Assembly (NCBI GenBank): GCA_905182745.1
Contig: CAJJCR010000005.1
Span: 48,764-112,763 of the forward strand
Origin: Bacteroidetes bacterium MED-G20
GTDB lineage: Bacteria > Bacteroidota > Bacteroidia > Flavobacteriales_D > Parvicellaceae
DNA length: 64,000 bases
Direction: 5' to 3'
Part shown: positions 1 through 8,463 of the stretch, piece by piece
How positions within the stretch are numbered: the first letter of the stretch is position 1
How the letters are laid out: every line of letters starts with the position of its first letter
The notes under the pieces: model-generated
Seen by the model: the letters and a program-made list of their open reading frames with translations, nothing else
Databases searched by the model: none
What the model was told of the DNA's origin: nothing
Position numbers and translations under genes: made by a program

Positions 1-340
1 ATGAAATATAGTTTGCAGCATTATTTTTAATGTTTTTATTTTTGCTTTCTCTTTTTGTAAGGTTAAAATAATACTTGGGCTCTAAAAAAATGGAAACTTG
101 GTTTTTTAAAGAGTCAAAACTTTGCTTAATCGCAAATTTTAGTCTGTACTCAGTCCCAACTTCTGTTCTTAAAGCAAATTGATTGTGAAGTTTTAATTCA
201 TGATTTATCCAAGTGCCAAAATAGCCTGTTTGTATGGATAAAATTGATTTCTCTACACTAACTTTTTCAGATTTAGTTTTTTGAGAAAATGTAATGGAGT
301 AAAATAAGTAGAATATTAAAAATAAAATAAATTTGTTCAT
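1..340 (-). CDS. hypothetical secreted/outer-membrane-type protein, N-terminal part only (runs off the left edge)
   Basis: Reverse-strand ATG at 338-340 opens MNKFILFLIFYLFYSITFSQ (signal-peptide-like). I translated it by hand and it stays open to position 1 (..TGYFGTWINHELKLHNQFALRTEVGTEY..IFLEPKYYFNL..). It is absent from the ORF track because there is no stop inside the window. Confidence 0.4.
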   Translation of the reverse strand, partial: MNKFILFLIFYLFYSITFSQKTKSEKVSVEKSILSIQTGYFGTWINHELKLHNQFALRTEVGTEYRLKFAIKQSFDSLKNQVSIFLEPKYYFNLTKRESKNKNIKNNAANYIS

Positions 341-397
341 AATCTTAGTTGACCAATAACCATACCAGTATGGCTATTAGGATAAAAAAACGGATAG

Positions 398-2137
398 TTA
401 TAACCTTAAGGCAACCCCAATATTTAACCCTAAAAGATGATATTTGTGATCAATATCTGATTTTAAAACGGAGTTGGTTAAGTTAAACCAGTATTTTGGT
501 TCAACAAACATTTCGATTTTTTTAAATTGGTAGCTAACAGAAGCAGTAGTTACAATATTGTAAATAGTCTTTTTTGCTTTAAAACTGTGAAGTCCTTGAA
601 TATTGGAATTGTAATACATTCCTTTAGTATTATTAATTCTAAATCCTACAGCACCACCTGCTCTTAATCCAATACTTATATTTTTTAATTTAAATTGATA
701 ACCTATCATAAATGGAATATTTAAGTAAGTGTATCTGTTTTGAACATTGTAATTATTTATAGATTCTTCCTCATAGCTCTCATTTATCCAATAAGATGTA
801 TCCATCATTATAGAATAAATTGCAGTATCCATTTGACTGGTAGTTCCAATTGTAATAAGGAACATGAAATGTTCCAATAGTCTCAAACGGTGTCTATAAA
901 ATTAGAGTCATATACCATGTTAGTTTTCGTGAATCGTCGTTGTAGTCTATTTTTTCACCAAGACTAGCTGTATTAATCCAGTAGATAAAGAGAATTTATT
1001 ATTTAAATTGTAATTAACTCTGAGATCTAATGGTAATGAAACAATACAATCTTCCAATGTCTGAGAATACTGAGGATTAGGTGCCATTCCTTGGCTAGGA
1101 TCTAATATTGAATTTTGTTTCATAATATAATTAGTTCCTAGAGAAAATGAGATGCTGAATTTTTTTTCAACTTTCATAGAATCGTATAATTCTACCATTT
1201 CATTTTGAAGTGAATCAGGTGCTATCTGAATAGAATCTTTAATAATTGAGTCTAAAAGATTCTGTGAAAGTGAATCTGTAATAGAATCTTTTAACAAGAA
1301 AACTACATTTTCTAACGTATCACTTATCTCTTTTAGAGAAGTATCATTTATTGCATTAAAACTATCTGTAGAATCAATCATCAATGGATTTATAAGATTA
1401 TTGTAAGTGGAGTCTGTTATAATGTCATTAATTATTTCTTCTTCTTTAATTAAAATGGAATTACTTTTTGGATTATTTAATGCTAATTCAGCTAGTTTAT
1501 CCTTGCTATTTTCTAAATCATTTTCTTTTACTAATACGTTTGTATTTTTAGTTACAACAGAAATTTTTGATGTTGGAATATCTAACGAAGTGCTACTTTT
1601 AGAGAATGTATTAAAAACTTCTTTTCTCTGTGAGGTTTCTAAAGTTTTTTTATTTTTTGAATTGCTATTTTTTGGTTGATTAATTTTTGAATTTTCTTGA
1701 TTTGTTGAAATACTTTCAGATTTTTTAGCATCATTAGCTTTTGTTTTACCAGCTCCTAGATTCTCTTTATTGATATTTAGATTCTCTGCACTTATTAGTT
1801 TATTAGTAGATTTAACTATTGTCTCATTTTCGTAATAATTAATATAAAGTAAGCTAGATATTAATAACAACAAAGCAGCTGCTGCACTATACCAATATTT
1901 CGATTTAAATCTTTTAAGCTGATCCAATTGTTGCTCAAGATTGCTTAAATGCTTGTCGTCCAGAGAAAACTCTCTTTTATTTAGCTTGCTCTTAAAAAAA
2001 TCATCAATGTTTTTTGGATTGTTAAACTTATCCAATTGATTTTCAAAATCTTTCAAATGTTGGTCATCCATTTTGAAGTTCCTATTTTCAAGATTGCTCT
2101 TAAAAAAATCGTCAATATTTCTATCGCTATTTTTCAA
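398..2137 (-). CDS. anti-sigma-like single-pass protein ending in a PorT/OMP-type beta-barrel; frame interrupted at about 887-960
   Basis: ORF 947..2137 has a duplicated N-terminal NIDDFFKS..L..R.F..DD.HL motif, one TM span (YWYSAAAALLLLISSLLYINYY) and a long S/N/K-rich linker, then beta-strand text. ORF 398..886 continues the barrel (IPFMIGYQF, SIGLRAGGAVGF, terminal GLNIGVALRL). The start overlaps the ECF sigma gene by 11 nt. Confidence 0.5.
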
Positions 2138-2675
2138 CTAAATTTTGTTTTTTTAATATTTGTTCTTTCAATTTTTTTCTTGCTTCTTTAACATGCCATT
2201 TGGATGTATTAGTAGAAATATTTAATTGCTCTGCTATTTCTTTATGTGAATAACCATCTATAGCAAAAAGGTTAAAAACTAACTTGGTAGCTTTTGGAAG
2301 TTTTAAAATCATATTGTTTAACTCCTCTGCTCTTATTTCTAAATCATAATCATTTATAGTGTAATTCTCATTAGTAGATATTTCATCACTGTACTCAATT
2401 AAATTATGCTTTGAATTTTTCCTAAAATCATCTATTGCAGTATTAATGGCAATTCTTCTTATCCAAGCATTGAATGGAATATTAGGTTTGTAAGATTCTA
2501 TATTGGTTAGCACTTTTAAAAATGAGGTTATAGATAATGATTTTGCATCTTCTTCGTTTTTTTTATATCTGTAGGCTACGCTCATTAGAATACCAAAACT
2601 CTTTTTGTAAAGTTCGAGTTGAGCTCTTCTATCTTGGTTAATTAGTTTTTTAATAAATGAATTATCTAATTCCAA
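2127..2675 (-). CDS. RNA polymerase ECF-type sigma-70 family factor
   Basis: 182 aa. Region 2-like RRIAINTAIDDFRK and region 4 HTH GYSHKEIAEQLNISTNTSKWHVKEARKKL. Confidence 0.9.
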   Translation of the reverse strand: MELDNSFIKKLINQDRRAQLELYKKSFGILMSVAYRYKKNEEDAKSLSITSFLKVLTNIESYKPNIPFNAWIRRIAINTAIDDFRKNSKHNLIEYSDEISTNENYTINDYDLEIRAEELNNMILKLPKATKLVFNLFAIDGYSHKEIAEQLNISTNTSKWHVKEARKKLKEQILKKQNLVEK

Positions 2676-2798
2676 AAAAAATAAATTAATGCCATTAAAT
2701 TAGTATTTCAATAATTTTTCAGGCAAGTGATTTATAGCATTATAACAATTTATTTCACTAAGCTTATGTTTTCATCTGGTTTTCAGTTTTACTAAATT

Positions 2799-2927
2799 TA
2801 GGATTGGTATTCTTCAAACTGTATTATATCCATCATTTCATTACACTCCTTATCTGTAATATATCCTTTTGCATATCCTTTAATATACTCCAAGGCTCTT
2901 TCCGCTTTTTCTACATCTAAATTCATT
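2799..2927 (-). CDS. possible 42-aa small protein (MNLDVEKAERALEYIKGYAKGYITDKECNEMMDIIQFEEYQS)
   Basis: Hand-translated short ORF in an otherwise empty 387-bp gap. No recognisable motif, and in AT-rich DNA it could be chance. Confidence 0.2.
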
Positions 2928-2999
2928 AATAACTATAACGAAAATAATTTAAGGTTGTGGTGGGTAAGAAAGTTATTTTATTAGTATGTATTTTAATTA

Positions 3000-3044
3000 A
3001 ACTACCATAATATCTTTTAGTCTTGTAAATATTATGGTAGTTTA
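3000..3044 (-). terminator. strong hairpin, probable intrinsic terminator of the T9SS cargo gene
   Basis: Perfect 15-bp inverted repeat aaactaccataatat (3000-3014) / atattatggtagttt (3030-3044) with a 15-nt loop. It begins 19 nt past the stop of 3063..4016 and is followed on the minus strand by TTTAATTAAAAT. Confidence 0.55.
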
Positions 3045-3062
3045 TTAAAGTTATTTAACAGT

Positions 3063-4016
3063 TTATTTAATAAAGCTTAGTGTTTCTACATGGTTTTCCC
3101 CATTTATTTTTAGGAAATAAAGCCCATTAGTTAATTCCTTAGTAGACAATTCTATTTTATTGTTTCCAGAACTAATTTTAACATTTTCATTTTTGATAAT
3201 TTTTCCAGAATAGTCAAAATAAGTTAAACTAAGATTTGTGTTTTTATCACATGAATAATCTAAAAAAGATAGATTATTAACAGGATTTGGATAAATTTTA
3301 GATTTATTTTTAGGTTCTGAATTTAAAATATCTAAAGTGTTAACTTGGCTTTCATTAATCACATTTAACGTATATCCACTACTTTTTGAACTAATAGTAA
3401 TGGTATCACAGTAATAACTACTACACCCATTGGCATCTGTATAAGTCAAACATAAATTATAATCGCCAACTTGGTTGTATACATGAGTTGGATACTGGAG
3501 ATTGGAAGTATTTCCATCTCCAAAGACCCAATTGTAAGCGAAAGGACCTGTCCCACCAGTAGAGTTTTCTACACAATAAATATCTGTAGTGAAAGTATTA
3601 AGAGTACTATCAAAATTTTGCCACCAGTAGAAATTGGCATTACAATTTAAAGGTGGAGGATTAGAACCTGAAGAAATAATCCAATTATTTCCATTCCAAA
3701 CTAATGTATCACAACAAAAAGTGTTCATAGTAGAGATACATGTAATTAAAGTATCATAAGGTTGTCCAGTATTAGTATTAAAATTATAAACGCTATGAGT
3801 AGTACTCATACTAGAGTCATTTTGTAGTATGCTACTTCCAGCATTTCCTCCATAACCTACAGTATACCAGTTATAAATAAATGTATTTAGATTATTAGCA
3901 GTAATTTGTAATTGATATTGCGAGCCGGTAATGGTTAACGAATCACAAGCTGTAGATTGTCCTTTAATAAAAGTTAAGGTTAGAATCGAAAGAAATAAAA
4001 GGGTAATTTTTTTCAT
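3063..4016 (-). CDS. secreted PKD-domain protein with T9SS C-terminal sorting domain
   Basis: Signal peptide, then a PKD-like block WVFGDGNTSNLQYPTHVYNQVGDYNLCLTYTDANGC. C-terminus IYPNPVNN...GLYFLKINGENHVETLSFIK is typical of type A Por secretion CTDs. Confidence 0.75.
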   Translation of the reverse strand: MKKITLLFLSILTLTFIKGQSTACDSLTITGSQYQLQITANNLNTFIYNWYTVGYGGNAGSSILQNDSSMSTTHSVYNFNTNTGQPYDTLITCISTMNTFCCDTLVWNGNNWIISSGSNPPPLNCNANFYWWQNFDSTLNTFTTDIYCVENSTGGTGPFAYNWVFGDGNTSNLQYPTHVYNQVGDYNLCLTYTDANGCSSYYCDTITISSKSSGYTLNVINESQVNTLDILNSEPKNKSKIYPNPVNNLSFLDYSCDKNTNLSLTYFDYSGKIIKNENVKISSGNNKIELSTKELTNGLYFLKINGENHVETLSFIK

Positions 4017-4090
4017 TTTTAAATGTTTAATTGATTTATTGAAATAACGCTAAAATTGAAAAAAAGGGGGGGTGAGGTAAGAAAATAAAA

Positions 4091-4681
4091 TTATTTATTT
4101 ATAAATTTCTTCTCTGTAGAACCATCAGAATACAAGTAGATTACCATTTCATGATTGATTTTTTCAGGATCTACAATTTGTCCAGCAAGATTGTAAATAT
4201 TTACCAGCTTCTTATTCTTAGATTCTAAATTTGAAATATTGGTAAATCCAGTATTTAACATAAAAAGATTCCAAAAAGAAGGCATTAAAATGTCCCTAGA
4301 TATGAAAAATGGTAAAATACAATTAGTTACAGGCGTTGTTGAGGTTGCAGTGTCTCCCATGTTAAGCGTTAGAATAAAGAAATAGTAACTATCATTAAAA
4401 TTAAAATTACAACTGAATGTTGGACTAGGTACTGAACTCTGCCAAAAATGAGTATTATTTGATATGTTATGATACCCTGGAGGATAAGCTCTCCAGTCAT
4501 AAATACCAGATACAGTAGTAATATTAGGATTTAGATTTACTAAACTATCGTAATTGGTAGTTAGCACAACTTCCGTAAATGAATTTTGAGGAAGCAAGTG
4601 AACTCTTAAATCTCCACAATTTTGAGATTTTATTAAAAATGGAAATGATAGTCCTAAAATTATTAATCTTATTCTTTTCAC
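4091..4681 (-). CDS. hypothetical secreted protein, possible T9SS CTD
   Basis: Signal peptide MKRIRLIILGLSFPFLIKSQ. C-terminal VNIYNLAGQIV....MVIYLYSDGSTEKKFINK resembles a T9SS sorting domain. Confidence 0.45.
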   Translation of the reverse strand: MKRIRLIILGLSFPFLIKSQNCGDLRVHLLPQNSFTEVVLTTNYDSLVNLNPNITTVSGIYDWRAYPPGYHNISNNTHFWQSSVPSPTFSCNFNFNDSYYFFILTLNMGDTATSTTPVTNCILPFFISRDILMPSFWNLFMLNTGFTNISNLESKNKKLVNIYNLAGQIVDPEKINHEMVIYLYSDGSTEKKFINK

Positions 4682-4764
4682 AACGTAATTATAAATTATT
4701 TATTTAGAATCATTTACGGATGTTTAACTAAAAGTGAGTGGTTTAGATATGAGTATCATTTATT

Positions 4765-5550
4765 TTAAATACTTATATAGCCTTCAAAATAAGTTGTTGC
4801 TTTTCCACTTATTTCAACTCTGTCTTTTTTTAGTTCGCAGAATAATTCTCCTTTTCTTTCTGAAATTTGTTGAGCATTCATCCTTTTTTTAAGGAATTTA
4901 TTTGACCAATAAGGGGTTAATGTACAATGTGCCGAACCGGTAACAGGATCTTCTAAAATGGTTGCTTGCGGTGTAAAAAAACGAGAGACAAAATCACAAT
5001 GGTCTCCTTTAGCTGTAACAATTACACCACCTGGATTAAGATTGATTTGATCAAATACTTCTCTATTTACAACTATATCTTCTATTTCTTTTTGATTTTC
5101 ATAAACCAATAAATAATCTCTTGCTTTTAGAACTTTTTTTGGTTGGATATTTAAAGCATTTTTTATTTCATCTGGCAGTGTTGCTGCAATAGGATCTCTT
5201 CTTGGTAAATTCATTAAATAGCGTCCATTATTTAAGGATACTTCTAATTCTCCACTCAATGTTTCAAAGATTACTTTTTCAGACTCTAATTTTAGTTCTG
5301 AAAGAATACAATGTGCAGTTGCCAGTGTAGCATGTCCACATAAATCCATTTCTATATCAGGTGTAAACCACCTTAAATGAAAGTTATTCCCCTTCTTCAC
5401 AAAAAAAGCAGTTTCAGCCACTGCATTTTCTTGAGCAATTTTTAATAAGACTTCGTCTTGTAGCCAGTTTTCTAAAGGAACTACACAAGCAGGATTCCCG
5501 CCAAATACCTTATCACTAAAAGCATCTATTTGAAATATTGGCAGCTTCAT
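4765..5550 (-). CDS. PhzF-family (phenazine biosynthesis-like) isomerase
   Basis: 261 aa. N-terminus MKLPIFQIDAFSDKVFGGNPACVV and ..DLCGHATLA.. are characteristic of PhzF/YddE proteins. Confidence 0.85.
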   Translation of the reverse strand: MKLPIFQIDAFSDKVFGGNPACVVPLENWLQDEVLLKIAQENAVAETAFFVKKGNNFHLRWFTPDIEMDLCGHATLATAHCILSELKLESEKVIFETLSGELEVSLNNGRYLMNLPRRDPIAATLPDEIKNALNIQPKKVLKARDYLLVYENQKEIEDIVVNREVFDQINLNPGGVIVTAKGDHCDFVSRFFTPQATILEDPVTGSAHCTLTPYWSNKFLKKRMNAQQISERKGELFCELKKDRVEISGKATTYFEGYISI

Positions 5551-5551
5551 A

Positions 5552-5926
5552 CTATAGATACTCTAGATTTTTTCGTGTGCGTTCATTTTCCAATTCTCCA
5601 GTATTGATAGTAGTTGCAGGTTCAAAAAGCATTATAGAAACTTCTTCTTCTGCAATAGGCTTATGTTCAACTCCTTTTGGAACTATGATTATTTCATTTT
5701 CTTGGATAGTTTCTGTTCTGTCTCTAAATGCTATTTTTAAGGTTCCTTCTAGAACTAAAAACATCTCGTCTTCATCATCGTGTTTGTGCCAAATAAATTC
5801 CCCTTTTAACTTGGCAATTTTTACATGTTGCTTGTTTAATTCTCCAATAATTCTAGGATTCCAATGGTCTTTGAATTGAGCTAACTTTTGGGATATATTT
5901 ATTTTTTTCATAACAAGATTTAACAA
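5552..5926 (-). CDS. cupin-domain protein
   Basis: 124 aa. WHKHDDEDEMFLVLEGTLKI ... IIIVPKGVEHKP matches the two cupin motifs. Confidence 0.8.
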   Translation of the reverse strand: MLNLVMKKINISQKLAQFKDHWNPRIIGELNKQHVKIAKLKGEFIWHKHDDEDEMFLVLEGTLKIAFRDRTETIQENEIIIVPKGVEHKPIAEEEVSIMLFEPATTINTGELENERTRKNLEYL

Positions 5927-5973
5927 CCTGAGCTACATTAAAAATATAGTAAAATTAGATATCTGATATTTCA

Positions 5974-6499
5974 TTAATACTTTTCTACCTTATCGCTAGT
6001 TCCAATGAATACATTTACACCTTTTAGTTGAGGATTGCCTGCTATTCTTCGCCAAGAAGTAATTTGCCCTACGTGGGTTAGTGCGTCTGCAAGTGGACCA
6101 TTGATCCAATACCAAAAGGGTAGTTTTCTAGAAGTGTTTTTTTCTATTTCTAACAAATCTTCATCACTCATTTTTTTTAATCTTTCTGAAAGTTATTCAA
6201 ACTAAAAGAGATTTCATTCTTATTTGCTGAAATGAGTTTAAGGAATCTTTGTTTTGTTTTTCTCCACCGAAAACTCTAAAAGTACTATCTACTAAATCAA
6301 AAATATGACTGTTTACTTCCTCAATACTCATACTGGTAGAGTGTGGTCTAAACTTAATATCATCTTCACTTAGATTTTCTGTAGCCCAGCGATATCTAAA
6401 TGCCAATCCTTCCACCACTCTTAAAAGAATATTAGTAGCTGTTAATTCAGTAGGGGTTTTTGAAATATCTTCGAATGGCAATTCTTGATTTCTATCCAT
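5974..6499 (-). CDS. DinB-superfamily protein, one frameshift (fragments 6197..6499 and 5974..6171)
   Basis: The two adjacent fragments are in different frames and read like one approximately 170-aa DinB-like protein (..LRVVEGLAFRYRWATE.. / ..GPLADALTHVGQITSWRR..). A T8 run lies in the junction (6173-6180). Confidence 0.5.
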
Positions 6500-6573
6500 A
6501 AAAAAATTAAATAACCTTATCAGATTCTTTTTCTTCTATAGCTACTTCTTTAGGGAATTGAACATTAATTTTT

Positions 6574-7433
6574 TCAAATTGAATATGAAGTATCAGCATT
6601 AAAAAACCAGCATGATACAGATGAAACAATAAGAACATTATTCATCAATCCATCGGCTGAAAAGGAGAGACGAATTAGAATGGTAGAAATAATAAATCCG
6701 GAGTTTCTAAATACTTCATGAAATTTATCAGTTTTGTATAATGAGATTAAAAGCAATAGTACATCTGCCATTATAAGAACTGTAAAGAATTCATTAAAGA
6801 AAAGTTCGTTAATATCTTGAATAGAGAAAAATACTTGGTCTATGGATGCTACTTCAATGTATATCCATTTAAACAAGCTTGAAACAGCCAAAAATATTAA
6901 AACTGGCAGAAGGAAAAGAGCGATGGTTTTTTTCCTTTTTACAAATAAATCTAGATTTTCTATTTTTTCCTTTTTTGGATTTAGTTTTTTACTTCTAGTA
7001 TTAAAGTAGTTGAATAAAAAAATAATAAAGAAAAGAACTAGAGTAGAAATTAAGTCATAAGTGAGTTGAAGATCGTATTGCTGGTTAAACCAGTCGGCAC
7101 TAACATCAATATTGGCCATGTCTTTAAAAATTCTTCTAACGATAATCAACGTTATTATTTCGTATTGTTTTCTTATATATTGAGAGATGGACCGGGGTAA
7201 ATAATAGATAACTAAGAAAACTTCATATACTAAAATGAAAGAAAAAGGAGTGTAAATAGCTGCAATTGGGTTGGTAAGTAATTGTCGTCTGAAAAATTTA
7301 GAATTTCTAAATACTTAAGAAAAATTAAAAGCAGGTGGATTACAAAACTTACTATAGAAAGGGTGACAAAAATTCTTTCTGTTTTATTTTTAAATTCTTC
7401 CGAGAAAACTTTAGTACTTAATCTTTCAATCAT
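6574..7433 (-). CDS. hypothetical multi-pass membrane protein, one frameshift near 7260
   Basis: ORF 7230..7433 and ORF 6574..7149 are joined by an open stretch that I translated by hand (AIYTPFSFILVYEVFLVIYYLPRSISQYIRKQYEIITLIIVRRIFKDM). Several hydrophobic spans, no recognisable family. Confidence 0.4.
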
Positions 7434-7654
7434 GATTGTTAGTTTATGTAAACTTAGTCATATTAAGAATAGCTCTAAATATCTGTTTGTCAATTTTTTA
7501 CACATGTAATTCTTAATGATGATTTTAACGGGCAATAAACTATTGCTTTAATGGAATAGAAAAAATTAGCTTGAAATTAGGGCGTCAAACAATTGCCTAT
7601 GATAATGAGAAAAATCATTTGATGGTAAATTATATCTTTTTAGATAATGAGCCA

Positions 7655-8394
7655 TTAAGGCCTATTTCCTTCTACTCTAGAATCACCAAGAGGCAAAATA
7701 TTGATAGATGTAGAAGAAGCATATTCCGATTGAATTCCGCTAAAATAAATATCTGCAATAAATTTAGCACCAGCTTGATTGTAATGTACTGCATCTGCTA
7801 AATAAGACTCATTAAAGTTAGAATTCATGTCTAGGGCAATAACTTTGGATGTATTGGTAGATAAAGAATCTGCAATAGAAACAATCTGAGAATTGAAATC
7901 ATTAATGTTGTTAGTTAATGAACTAGTCATAGTTTCACTATTAGCAGGCGCAATTTGTTCTAAAAATATAGTGACATTAGAATTGTGAGTTTGTAATTTC
8001 TCAACAAGTTGAACAATATTTGATATTGGTTCTGAAGGTGGATTTCCACCATCTAATAAATCGTTTCCCACCAATACTTAGAAGTACTAATATCTGGTGA
8101 TGATATTGCTGCAAGTACTTCATCTATATTAGCAAGTACATCTTCAGATTCATAACCTCCAGCCCCTTCATGATCATTGTCAAATTCTTCACCAGAATAT
8201 TCTTCGTAGGTTCCATAATCTTTTTGTCTTCCTACAAAATCAAAATTATAGTTATTGTCTACTAGGTTTTTCCATAGTTCATACCTGTAGCTTTCAAAAA
8301 AGTCATTTTCTTCTTCATCATCTTTCTTACAAGATGAAATTATGGTTGCAAAAAGAGATATTAAAATAAGAAGTTTAGAGATTCTGAAATTCAT
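7655..8394 (-). CDS. SGNH/GDSL-family hydrolase lipoprotein with atypical block order; two frameshifts near 8055-8090
   Basis: Lipoprotein signal (..ISSCKK). SYRYELW helix, DHEGAGGY (block II), PDI(VLLSI)GGNDLL after frame correction (block III), DAVHYNQAG (block V). ILPLGDSRVEG (block I) lies at the extreme C-terminus. Confidence 0.7.
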
Positions 8395-8463
8395 AGTTTT
8401 TTTTCTTAAAAGTAAACGTTATTTTTAAATCATTATTAATTTCGTTTATTATTTTTAATAACT

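Noticed and set aside
3063-4681. The two T9SS cargo genes as paralogs forming an ECF-controlled module.
   Set aside because: Apart from the sorting domain, I could not align their N-terminal regions convincingly. A strong terminator hairpin and a 387-bp gap separate them from the sigma gene.
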